From assembly GCA_000092065.1 (NCBI GenBank), contig CP000600.1: 64,000 nt of DNA. The stretch is one strand, 5' to 3'. The DNA comes from Ostreococcus lucimarinus. Its lineage: Eukaryota. Position 1 is the first letter of the stretch. Every line of letters starts with the position of its first letter. The position numbers were made by a program, and so were the translations under genes. The notes below the pieces were generated by a model, which made no database searches, had not been told where the DNA came from, and saw nothing but the letters and a program-made list of their open reading frames with translations. Below are positions 49,701-58,779 of the stretch, piece after piece.

Positions 49701-49949
49701 ACGGAGCGATTCAAGGATCGTCTCGTCGACGAGGGTTTCTCTCCGGCGTACGGTGCGCGTCCTTTGCGTCGCGCCATCATGCGCTTGCTTGAGGACAACC
49801 TCTCCGAGAAGATGCTCACGGGTGAGATTTCGGAGGGTTCGTCGTGCATTATGGACGTGAACGCGGAAGGTGAAATCACGGTGTTGACTGGCGACGGTAG
49901 AGAGCTGAAGGCTGGTAGCGCGATCGGTGGTCCGGCTGGCATCGCGTAA
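46793..49949 (+). CDS. CLPC: Chloroplast ATP-dependent Clp protease ATP-binding subunit ClpC (Hsp100), 3 exons: 46793..47029, 47169..47255, 47523..49949
   Basis: Exon 1 is the transit peptide and ends ..RAMFE. Exon 2 is [29 protein letters not shown]. Exon 3 is [21 protein letters not shown].., followed by two AAA+ modules ([16 protein letters not shown]; [14 protein letters not shown]) and a UVR-like linker. Both introns have GT..ACTGACGAG..CAG. Confidence 0.85.
47030..47168 (+). other. ClpC intron 1 (139 nt)
   Basis: GTGCGCGCG donor after the MFE codons, GGGACTGACGAG branch, GCGCAG acceptor. It restores the conserved [12 protein letters not shown] junction. Confidence 0.75.
47256..47522 (+). 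other. ClpC intron 2 (267 nt), G-rich, similar to the uL11c intron
   Basis: GTGAGTGGAGAGAATATT donor region, internal TTAGGTTTAAGCGGG and GGGAGGGGTGGAAGA, GTGACTGACGAG branch, GACAG acceptor. It restores ..GTEQ|IMLGLIGEG. Confidence 0.75.
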
Positions 49950-50256
49950 TTCTAGGCTGCGAGAACGCTTAAAAAATGATTGATTACAAAATGACTTTTG
50001 TTCTTTGGGGGTCACCCCATCATCAGCGTCGGAGCCTGTGTTATTAGGCGATTTAGATTACGTGTCTCTCACGCATGTTATACGATGAAACGAGCGAATT
50101 AACACCCGCGCGCGCCGAACCACATAAGTGACCTCTTCTCCTCTGAGCTCGTCAGTCCACGACACGGCCCGAATTCTCAGAGCAATTTGACAGATTGTTT
50201 TGATTGTTTGTATCGATTATCACAACTGTTGTATGTTCGTAACGTCGCAACGAATC

Positions 50257-53121
50257 CTAAGCCAGCAACTGAACCAAGTCCCCCCGTATAGAGCACGTCT
50301 CTTGCTCGACGAGTAACATCGCTGCGTCTCGAACTTCCTGCACGCTGAGCGCCATAGAACCGTCTCTCTCCGCGAGCATCTTTACCAACTCACTCAATCT
50401 AAGTCGACCGCTCGACGACGTCAAGCACGCCGTGATACCGTCAGCGATGACCTTGCGGTGTTGACGATCGCTCGCACTGTGTCCGGTTAAAATCTTGTCC
50501 ATGTCGATGGTGCCCGTTCGGGGATCGACGGCGGATTGTTGCATGGCGACGCGCATCAAACGCAACGCTTCCTTCGCGTCGTCGCGATCGACTCGGACGC
50601 TCAAGCGCATACGGGCGAGAGACTCTGAAAGACGGATCAAAGACTCCAACTGTCTCGGCGTCGCCGTGATCACTTTACGACTACCTCCCATGCGACGCAT
50701 CTCCACGTACCCTTCGACGAGCTCCTCCGCGGCTTCATCGCTCAGCACCGGTTGTACGTGAGATCGCGCGAAAGAAACGTAGTCGGTGAGCAACGACGCT
50801 TCAATCGCGCCGCGCTTCTTTTGCGGCGGATCTTTGTAGTGCAAGCTCACCAAGTGTCGCGCCAATCGTCGATCCGTCTCCGGGTTCGCGCGATCGAGCA
50901 AAAGGTACAACAAATCGAAACGCGAGAGAAGCGTGGGCGGAAGCTGAATGTTCTCCACCATGGACATATTTGGGTTGTATCGACTCCCCACCGGGTTCGC
51001 GGAGGCAAGCACGGATGTTCGCGCGTTTAACACGGCGATGATGCCAGCCTTGGCGATGGAAACCGTTTGTTGCTCCATGACTTCGTGCAACATCGATCGA
51101 GCGCTATCAGACATTTTGTCAAACTCGTCGATGCAACAAATTCCTCTATCGGAAAGCACAAGGGCTCCAGATTCAAGAACCATGTCCTTTGATTCCGGAT
51201 CGCGTGTGACGTACGCCGTGAGACCGACCGCTGAGGAACCTCTGCCCGAGGTGTACATGCCGCGCGGCGCGATGCGGTGGACGTACGTCAACAATTGCGA
51301 CTTGGCCACCCCCGGATCACCGACTAGTAAAACGTTTATATCACCGCGAACTTTATTTGCTGCGGTGCCACTGAATGTCTTGTTCGTCGCCCCGAAGAGT
51401 TGGCACAGTAGCCCTTTCTTCACGTCTTCCAACTCCCAAATCGACGGCGCGAGCGACGCCACGAGACGTTGGTAAATATCCGGCGATCGCCCGAGCTCTT
51501 CGATCTCCGCCGTCCTCGCCGGAGTGAACTCGAGTTGGGCGTTCGGATTTTGATTGCTCGCCGGTTTCGATGCGCGCTCGGCGGAAGAATGCTTCGCCGC
51601 TTCGTCGTCTTCGGTGCCCGCGGTGTTTCGCATGCGATTACCGGCGTCTTTTCTAATGTGAATAATGTCCAAGTACGTCTTGTACACGCTCTTCAACGTC
51701 CTTCGCGTCGAACTGATGCGAATCGGCACGGCGCGGTACACTCCCGTGACTTCCACGCGATCGCCGGGTTTGGCTTGGTCGACGAGTTCGTCGAAAACGC
51801 ACATCGAAACAGTGTGTGGGGTTTCACCCTCGGGAATCGCGTCCGGCGTCTCTTGCATTTTGACGGTTTGCTTGTTCGCGAAGACGCACTGGTTATGAAT
51901 CAACGTCATCGTCCCTGGCTTTCCGCACTCCGTACACTTGAGCGGGGGCTCGTTCACGCGTCCACGATCAACCTGAACGTGCTCGGGGGCGAACCCGCAC
52001 ATCAAGCATTTGAAGTACGCGAGCTTCAGATCGGGAATAATCGTCGTGCATCGCGTCACCATCCCGCGCACGCACACCATCTTGTCAATATCCGAAGGAT
52101 TCAAGTCACGCATCGGCTTGGCGTCCATCATGTTGAACGGTCGAACGATGATTCGCGCGGCGGGCGTGTCCTCGTCCATATCTTCGGGCGCGACGACGTT
52201 TTCCAAAAAGTATTCGTTCGCCACGACATCAAAGAGCGGAATGATCTCTTGCGGATAATGAATCAACTGCTTGTACAAAAACTCATCGTACTCGTGCACG
52301 TGTTGACAATCCAAATCCAAGTGCGTGTGCTCTTTTTCGTAAATCTCTCGCATGCGCTCGTCGTAGTACGAATCCGCGGAGTCGGGCAATTCAAAGTTTT
52401 CGATAAACCTCCGAAAGCGCTGCTGCGTGTCGAGCACGTTCACCCTCGTCCCCCAAATGTACGTCTGCGCCGCCACCTCATCCCGCTGCGCCTGCGCCGC
52501 GTGCAAGTGTTCGCCCGCGCTCATCGGCGGCGACGCCAAGAAATCCGCCGCGTCCTGCGTCGCCGTCAACTGTGTCATCTCCTGCGTCCCGTATCGTTGA
52601 CTCGCCCCCGGCGCGCCGAATCCGTCGTCGTCCCCGTCCGTCACCCGCCTCGCCCTCGCGCTCCCATTCAGCCCCAAATCGCTCCTCGGCGTCGCTCTCG
52701 GCGTCCCAAACAATCTCGGCGTCCCAAACTGTCCCTGTCCCTGTCCCTGTCTCGCCGGCGTCACCGCCTCCCGCGTCCCGTTCGCCCCGCTCGACCGTCG
52801 CCGCGCCGGCGGCGAAAACAAATCCTCCATCGGGCTCCCTCTCCCTCGTCCCGCGCCCTCGGGCCCCCCGACCGCCCGCGCCCGCGGCGGCGACATCAAC
52901 CCCACGTCCGCGCCCGCGCTCGCCCCGCCTCGCCCCCCCGACCGCGTCGGCGCCGCGTTCTCGTCGTCCTCGTCCCCAGCTGTCGTCGCGATCGCGACGT
53001 CCCGCCCGTCCCGCGTCGTCGTCTCCGCGTTCGCGTCGCTCAGCCGTCGTCGCGTCGTCGCCGGCGACGCCGACGGCAACCTCGACGGCGCCTTCCTCGG
53101 GCTTCGTCGCGGCGTCGACAT
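50257..53121 (-). CDS. MCM4: DNA replication licensing factor MCM4 (Ser/Pro-rich N-terminal tail, C4 zinc finger, MCM AAA+ core)
   Basis: Zinc finger CLMCG..(19)..[14 protein letters not shown], Walker [12 protein letters not shown], arginine finger/SRFDLL, and an N-terminal S/T-P-rich region ([20 protein letters not shown]..) typical of MCM4. The ATG is at 53119-53121. Confidence 0.8.
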   Translation of the reverse strand: MSTPRRSPRKAPSRLPSASPATTRRRLSDANAETTTRDGRDVAIATTAGDEDDENAAPTRSGGRGGASAGADVGLMSPPRARAVGGPEGAGRGRGSPMEDLFSPPARRRSSGANGTREAVTPARQGQGQGQFGTPRLFGTPRATPRSDLGLNGSARARRVTDGDDDGFGAPGASQRYGTQEMTQLTATQDAADFLASPPMSAGEHLHAAQAQRDEVAAQTYIWGTRVNVLDTQQRFRRFIENFELPDSADSYYDERMREIYEKEHTHLDLDCQHVHEYDEFLYKQLIHYPQEIIPLFDVVANEYFLENVVAPEDMDEDTPAARIIVRPFNMMDAKPMRDLNPSDIDKMVCVRGMVTRCTTIIPDLKLAYFKCLMCGFAPEHVQVDRGRVNEPPLKCTECGKPGTMTLIHNQCVFANKQTVKMQETPDAIPEGETPHTVSMCVFDELVDQAKPGDRVEVTGVYRAVPIRISSTRRTLKSVYKTYLDIIHIRKDAGNRMRNTAGTEDDEAAKHSSAERASKPASNQNPNAQLEFTPARTAEIEELGRSPDIYQRLVASLAPSIWELEDVKKGLLCQLFGATNKTFSGTAANKVRGDINVLLVGDPGVAKSQLLTYVHRIAPRGMYTSGRGSSAVGLTAYVTRDPESKDMVLESGALVLSDRGICCIDEFDKMSDSARSMLHEVMEQQTVSIAKAGIIAVLNARTSVLASANPVGSRYNPNMSMVENIQLPPTLLSRFDLLYLLLDRANPETDRRLARHLVSLHYKDPPQKKRGAIEASLLTDYVSFARSHVQPVLSDEAAEELVEGYVEMRRMGGSRKVITATPRQLESLIRLSESLARMRLSVRVDRDDAKEALRLMRVAMQQSAVDPRTGTIDMDKILTGHSASDRQHRKVIADGITACLTSSSGRLRLSELVKMLAERDGSMALSVQEVRDAAMLLVEQETCSIRGDLVQLLA

Positions 53122-53282
53122 CGCCGTCGAGCGCGTCGCGGTGTCGCGCGGCGTTTGAAATCCGCCGCGCGCGCGATTCAAACGCGCGACGAGACTGGGT
53201 TTACACACGGACGCATCGATCCCCCGTCGACCGGTCGCGACTCGACGACGCGGGGGGTCCGCGTCGTCGATCGGTCGGATCG

Positions 53283-53290
53283 TATATAGG
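53283..53290. promoter_or_regulatory. Canonical TATA box (TATATAGG) in the MCM4 / uL11c divergent spacer
   Basis: cggatcgTATATAGGcgttcg, about 205 nt upstream of the uL11c ATG and about 165 nt from the MCM4 ATG on the other strand. Confidence 0.35.
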
Positions 53291-53495
53291 CGTTCGACGC
53301 CGCGATGTGCGACGCGCGCGCGCGATTTTCATTTACGTCGCGGGTTCAGGGTCGCGCGACGTCGGCGACGTCGGCGCGCGCGCGGGCGCGACGCGCGCGC
53401 GCGACGCGCGGCACACCGCGACGACGTCGCGACCGACCCACGAGGCGCCGCACGTCGCGCGTCGACACACGCCACCGCGCACCACGAGCTCGAAC

Positions 53496-54476
53496 ATGTT
53501 CGCGCGAACCATCGGCCGCGCGCGCCCCGCGCGCGCGACGCCCGCGGACAAGCGCGCGGACAAGCGCGCGGCGGCGACGCGCGCGATGACGCGCCCGGTC
53601 GCGCTCGGCGACGCGCGCGCGGTATTTACGACGAGCGCGTTCAGGGCGAACGCGGTCGAGCGCGCGCGCGACGTGCGCGCGCGCGGGGCGAGACGGTCGA
53701 CGGTGATGGCGGCCAAGGTGGCGGGGTACATCAAGCTCGCGATCGAGGCGGGGAAGGCGTCGCCGGCGCCGCCGATCGGACCGGCGCTCGGCGCGAAGGT
53801 GCGTGAGAATATTTCGTTCGACGCGACGACGGCGCGCGCGGGACGCGCGCGCGGACGCGCGCGAGGGAGGGGTGGGAGAACGCGCGCGGCGGGTGAGGGT
53901 GGAAGACCTAGGCGAGAGAGGGTTTCGCGCGGCGACGCGAGCGCGCGAGGGACGACGGCTGGGCGCGACGCGCGGGCGCGGTGGCGAGGGAGACGCGCGC
54001 GCGATGGATCGATGGTCGCGGGGGACGCGCGCGGCGCGGTCGGGACGCGAGTGGTGCGGTGAATCGACGCGAACGGCGACTGACGACGACGACGACGCGC
54101 GCGCGCGATTCGCGGCACGCAGGGCGTGAACATCATGATGTTTTGCAAGGAGTACAACGCGCGCACGCAAGATCAACCGGGTATGATCATCCCGGTCGAG
54201 ATTACCGTTTTCGAGGATAAGTCCTTCACGTTCATTTTGAAGACCCCGCCGGCGTCGGTGTTGTTGAAGAAAGCCGCGGGCGTGCCCAAGGGGGCGGGCG
54301 ATCCGCAAAAGCAAGTCGTCGGGCGCGTGACCAAGGAGCAACTCGAGGAAATCGCCAAGATTAAGATGCCCGATTTGAACTGCGTCAAGGTGGAAAGTGC
54401 GATGAAGGTCGTCGCCGGTACCGCGGCGAACATGGGGATCAAGATTGACGGCTGGCCCGAGGTCGACGCCGCGTAA
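53496..54476 (+). CDS. RPL11: Chloroplast ribosomal protein uL11 (nuclear-encoded), 2 exons: 53496..53798 and 54123..54476
   Basis: Exon 1 is the transit peptide plus [32 protein letters not shown]. The donor GTGCGTGAG and a 324-nt intron carrying GGCGACTGACGACG and CACGCAG follow. Exon 2 is [53 protein letters not shown].. (the L11 signature). Confidence 0.85.
53799..54122 (+). other. uL11c intron (324 nt), G-rich, related to ClpC intron 2
   Basis: Shares GAGAATATT near the donor, GGGAGGGGTGG, GGTGGAAGA and a GAGGGTTTCGCGCGG element with ClpC intron 2. The branch ACTGACG lies 48 nt before the acceptor. Confidence 0.75.
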
Positions 54477-54742
54477 AGCGCGACGACGACTGCGGACGCC
54501 CCGTCGTAGCCGAGACGAAGGCGCGCCGAAGAACATTCTTACGCTCCCGTGGCGATAAATTCATATAAATTGCTCGAAGACCTCGCGTAGTGGTCTGCGT
54601 TAGATTTGTAAATGCTTTATACCTAGTGATGAAAACGAACGCCCCCTCGACTCGCGAAGAGACGACCCTCGCGCGCCCAAGCCCTATCCGCGAAACGCGA
54701 ATCGGTGCGTGTGAATTATAACAATGCTACGCTGACGACGCC

Positions 54743-55254
54743 CTACTTCTTCAACTCCCGGTGAAGCGTGTGCTTTTGCAAGAACGGATTGTACTTCATC
54801 AACTCCAATCTCTGCGACGTGTTACGACGGTTCTGCGAATCGAAAACGAGCGCGCCTCCGTCAGTCCTTCGTCCCGAAACCCTCAAATCGTCCCGTCGTC
54901 CCATCCCTCGTCGTCCCGCGCCGTCCCGCGCCGGCCTCGGCGCGCGTCCCGCGCGCGCCCGCTTCGCCTCGCGTTCGCCCGCGCGTCATCGCTTACCTTC
55001 TGGGTCATGTATCGCGACATCCCCTGCACGCCGCTCTCCTTTTGCTCGGTGCACTCGAGGGTGACTTGCAGGCGCACGTCCTTCTTCTTGCTCGCCGCCG
55101 TGACGACGAGCGCGCCGCGCGAGCGCTCTCTGGCGCTCGCGGCCGACGGGCGCGCGGCGAGCGAGCTGGTGGAGCAGACGTTGGCGCGGGCGGCGAGCAT
55201 GGCGAGTCGCGGCGCGGAGTGCCGGCGCGGCGATCGGGCGGCGGACGTCGGCAT
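54743..55254 (-). CDS. RPL33: Organellar ribosomal protein bL33, 2 exons: complement(join(54743..54832,54997..55254))
   Basis: Exon 1 is the presequence plus [29 protein letters not shown]. The minus-strand donor is GTAAGC, the branch ACTGACG (plus strand CGTCAGT at ~54859-54865) is followed by CAG, and exon 2 is [29 protein letters not shown]. Compare E. coli L33 ..[33 protein letters not shown]. Confidence 0.7.
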
Positions 55255-55388
55255 CGCGCGCGTGTGCGCAAACAGTACGCGTGTACTTTTATGGGGTGGT
55301 CGGTCGGACACCGCGCGCGCGAACCGCGCCCGAACCGCGCGCGCCGACGCGCGCGACGCGAGTCCGCGACGCCGACGCGCGCGCCGTC

Positions 55389-56082
55389 ATGTCCGCCGAC
55401 GCCTCGACGCGACGATTCAAGATTTACACCAAGACGGGCGACGCGGGGACGAGCTCGCTGTACAATTGCGAACGACGCGATAAGGACGACGCCGCGTTCG
55501 ACGCGCTCGGGGACGTCGACGAGTGCAACGTCGCGTGCGGGATCGCGCGGGAGTTTTGCGTCGATGAAAACAACGGGCTCGAGGCGCAGGTGCGGCGTCG
55601 ACGACGACGGACGCGAGGGGAGAGAGCGAGGCGACGACGCGCGGCGAGCGACGACTGACGGGGACGACGAACGACGCGACGCGCAGCTCGCGGAGATTCA
55701 GAGTCGATTGCTCGACGTGGGATCGGCGGTGGCGACGCCGCTGTATGCAAGCTCGGACGCGATGAAAGCGCGCGCGGCGTTTTCGGAGACGCACGTGGAG
55801 ACGTTGGAGGGATGGATCGACGGGATGGACGCCGAGTTGCCGGCGCTGTCGAGTTTTCTGCTCGTGTCGGGGGGGAAGGCGAGCGTGTTTTTACACCAAG
55901 CGCGCGTCGTGTGTCGACGCGCGGAGCGTAGGTGCGTGCCGTTGGTGCGGAGCGGAGCGGTACCGGACGTGGTGCGGGTGTACTTGAATAGATTGAGCGA
56001 TTACATGTTCACCGCCGCGCGTTTCGCGGCGATGAAAGCGGGCAGAGAGGAGGAGGCGTACAAAAAGTCGACGGCGAATTGA
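55389..56082 (+). CDS. MMAB: Cob(I)alamin adenosyltransferase, PduO/MMAB type, 2 exons: 55389..55589 and 55687..56082
   Basis: Exon 1 KIYTKTGDAGTSSLYNCERRDKDDAAFDALGDVDECNVACGIAREF. A 97-nt intron (GTGCGG..GACGACTGACGGGG..GCGCAG). Exon 2 LAEIQSRLLDVGSAVATP..LEGWIDGMDAELPALSSFLLVSGGKASVFLHQARVVCRRAER..YLNRLSDYMFTAARFAA. It is collinear with human MMAB. Confidence 0.8.
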
Positions 56083-56160
56083 ATCGGGACGTGTCGAAAT
56101 AATCGAGCGAGCTTGCAAATACTACGTCTACGTTAGGTGTACAAATGATCTATTCAACGC

Positions 56161-56931
56161 TCAGTCGTCGAAGAGCGACGCCGCGAGCTCTTCGACCGTG
56201 TCGAAGACGACGTGGAAATTTCGCGCGTTGGCTTCTTCGCGCAAATCGTGCGACCCCCAATTCACGCCCACCGCCAACATCCCAGCCGACTTCGCCGCCG
56301 CACCGTCGCTCGGTGCGTCCCCGACGTACGCCATCGATCGATCGATGCCGTCGAGGCCGAGCTCGCGCGCGATTTGAACCAACCCATCCGGCTCTGGCTT
56401 CGCTCGCGGCACGTCGTCGGCGCCGTACACGCGCGCCATCACATCCACGCATTCGTTCGCCGCGATCACCGCCCGCGCGTACGCCCCGCACGCGTTACTC
56501 AGCACCGCCTGTTTTCTCCCCTCTTCGCGCAATCGCACGACGATGCGGGCGATTCCGGGGTAAAATCCCGCCGTCGTCGTCGTCACGAGCGCCACGTATG
56601 CGTCGTCGAACGCCGCGCCGAGCGCCTCTCCGCACGCGTCGTCCGCGTTCTTCGTCGCGTGCCACGCGAGGCGACGGGGCGTGGTATAGCGCGTCCCGCG
56701 CAGGTACTCGTCGCGCGTGATCTCGCGCAGCGCGGCGTCGCGCAGGACTTTGTTGGTCGAGCTGAAGCCCAGCTCGGTGCTGTCGGCGAGCGTCCCGTCG
56801 ACGTCCCAGAGGACGACGCGCGCGCGGCGCAGGGCCGCGCGGTTCGAATCGCCGCGCGACGCGCTCGAGGCGCGCGCGGCGGTGGCGCCGCGCGTCGCGC
56901 GCGGCGGCGGCGACGCGCCGAGAGTCGCCAT
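56161..56931 (-). CDS. HAD-superfamily hydrolase, subfamily IA (CbbY/phosphoglycolate phosphatase-like)
   Basis: Motif I VVLWDVDGTLADS, motif II region, motif III K..(AKPEPDGL), and motif IV YVGDAPSDGAAAKSAGM. The ATG is at 56929-56931. Confidence 0.65.
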   Translation of the reverse strand: MATLGASPPPRATRGATAARASSASRGDSNRAALRRARVVLWDVDGTLADSTELGFSSTNKVLRDAALREITRDEYLRGTRYTTPRRLAWHATKNADDACGEALGAAFDDAYVALVTTTTAGFYPGIARIVVRLREEGRKQAVLSNACGAYARAVIAANECVDVMARVYGADDVPRAKPEPDGLVQIARELGLDGIDRSMAYVGDAPSDGAAAKSAGMLAVGVNWGSHDLREEANARNFHVVFDTVEELAASLFDD

Positions 56932-57011
56932 GTGCGGGCGCGCCGGATGAAAGAGTATAATGACAACGCTAATTCGGTGCTCGTTCGGCGCGATGATCGT
57001 ACAGTACATGA

Positions 57012-57866
57012 TTATGATTTTTGTGGTTTGACGGCAGACTTGTTCGCGACGGCGGCGAACTGGTCGGTGATGGCGTCGAAGGCGTGGACGCACGCGCCGA
57101 GGGCGCGTCGCGACGTCGATTTCGCAAAATCCGTGGCTTCGTCCAATGTCGGCGCGCGGATGTCGCCCTTGGCGTGCGCTTGCTTGAGCTTTCCCGCCGC
57201 CGTTGTGGCGTGTTGTTTCGAGTAGTCGAACGCCTTTGTAGTCGCCGAGCGCACGTGGGGCGCGGCGAAGTCGACGAATTTCTTCGTCGCGGCGAGCGCC
57301 GACTTGGCCGCCTCGGCGGCTTTTTCGCCAGCTCCGGGCCCGAGTGGGGCCTCGTACGTCGACTGCTTGAACGTCTCCTTGACTTCACGCAAAGGCGCGA
57401 CGGGGATACCGAGCTCGGACGCCATGTGTACGACTTGCTCGCGATATCGCAGCGCGTCTTGAAACTCTTGGTTACTCTCCACTCTTCGCGCGTGGGCCTT
57501 GTGCACGAGCGCATTCGCCTCATGAATCGCGCGCACCAGCTTGGGATGCTCGGCGATGACGTCGTATGCTTCGCCATCGGCATGATGCCGCTCGACGATC
57601 GGTTCGACGTCGTGGGATACCGTCGGCGTCGGCGCGACTGGCGCCTCCGACTCTGGCGTCTCGAACGAGCGCTCGTTCACGGACACCACGCGCACCGCCG
57701 CGTCGGTCGCTTCTGTTTCGTCGCTCGACGTCGACGCAGATATCACGGCGGTATCCTCGACGTCAGCGCCGACGTCCGATCTCGTCGACGCGTCCGCCCG
57801 CTCGTCGGCGGCGCCTTCCGGCGCCGGCGCCGAGACATCCTTCGGCTTTTCTTCAACCTTAAAATT

Positions 57867-57904
<38 letters not shown>

Positions 57905-58628
57905 CTCCCGCGGGCCCGGTCGCGCGCATCGTCTTCGCCGCCTTCGCCCTCGCCGCCTCCTTCGCCTCGTCCAATCGCTTCGCGAGCTTCGCCGCCTCGT
58001 CGTCTCGCTCGACGCGCCGCTTCGCCAGCGTCTCCGACTCTCGCGTCTCCATCGCGTATTTCTCCCGCTCCGCGCGCGTGGGCTTTATCCCGCGAAACAC
58101 CAACCACGCAACGGGCGCCAGCATCGTCGACACCACGCCCGCGAAGAGCGCGCCGCCGTCCGCCGCCACTCTCGCGCGTCTTCGGTCCGCGCGCGCCCAC
58201 GACGCCGCCCTCGACGCGTCGTCCTCGCCGTCGCCCTCGCCGTCGCCGTCGCCGTCGCCGTCGCGGCCGTTCGATCCGCCGTCGCCGTCGCCGCCGTCGT
58301 CGTCGTCGCCGTCGTCCCGGGACGTCGAGCCGCGCGCGTCGCGCGTCGTCGCGTCGTCGCGTCGCGTCGCCGCGTGCCCCTCGGCGTCGCGCGCGCGCGC
58401 GTCGCTCGGCGCGTCGTCGGCGCCCGGCGCGCGCGACGTCGGCGTCGCGAGCGACGAGACGTCGCCGTCGTCGCCGAGCGAGGCGCGCGAGGACGCGCGC
58501 GCGCGCGCGCGGGGCGCGATTGCGCGCCGACGCGAATTCGCGAATTCGCCGACGCGCGCGGGACGCGCGCGGGACGCGCGCGCGGACGCGCGGACGCGCG
58601 AGGCGGCGCGCGAGGACGCGGCGCGCAT
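57012..58628 (-). CDS. Hypothetical protein with an N-terminal Asp/Gly repeat region encoded by (GCCGTC)n, one predicted TM helix, and a C-terminal alpha-helical A/K-rich domain
   Basis: The long minus ORF is ATG-initiated (CAT at 58626-58628). The C-terminal half has balanced composition (..HPKLVRAIHEANALVHKAHARRVESNQEFQDALRYREQVVHMASELGIPVAPLREVKETFKQSTYEAPLG..). The TM segment is FAGVVSTMLAPVAWLVF. Confidence 0.4.
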
Positions 58629-58779
58629 CGCGCGAGGTCGCGGCGGCGCGGCGCGAGGCGAGACGACGGACGGTCGTCGAGTGCGGGCGCGGCGCGCGAA
58701 CGCGGCGGTTGGTCTGGCGAGCCGACGCTCGGCGCGCGAATGGTTAAAAGCTACTACGTGCGCGCGCGCGTCGGTGAAT

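Noticed and set aside
51469-53289. 606-aa + ORF overlapping MCM4
   Set aside because: It is antisense to MCM4, and His/Arg/Leu/Val-rich with no motifs.
55287-55296. TTTTATGGGG / CATAAAAG as a TATA box for bL33 or MMAB
   Set aside because: It is only 35 nt from the bL33 ATG and weakly TATA-like. It is mentioned in the analysis but not called as a feature.
56825-56840. tRNA T-loop-like GGTTCGAATCG
   Set aside because: It lies inside the HAD hydrolase CDS, and no acceptor or anticodon stem structure can be built around it. No tRNA, rRNA or CRISPR array is evident anywhere in the window.
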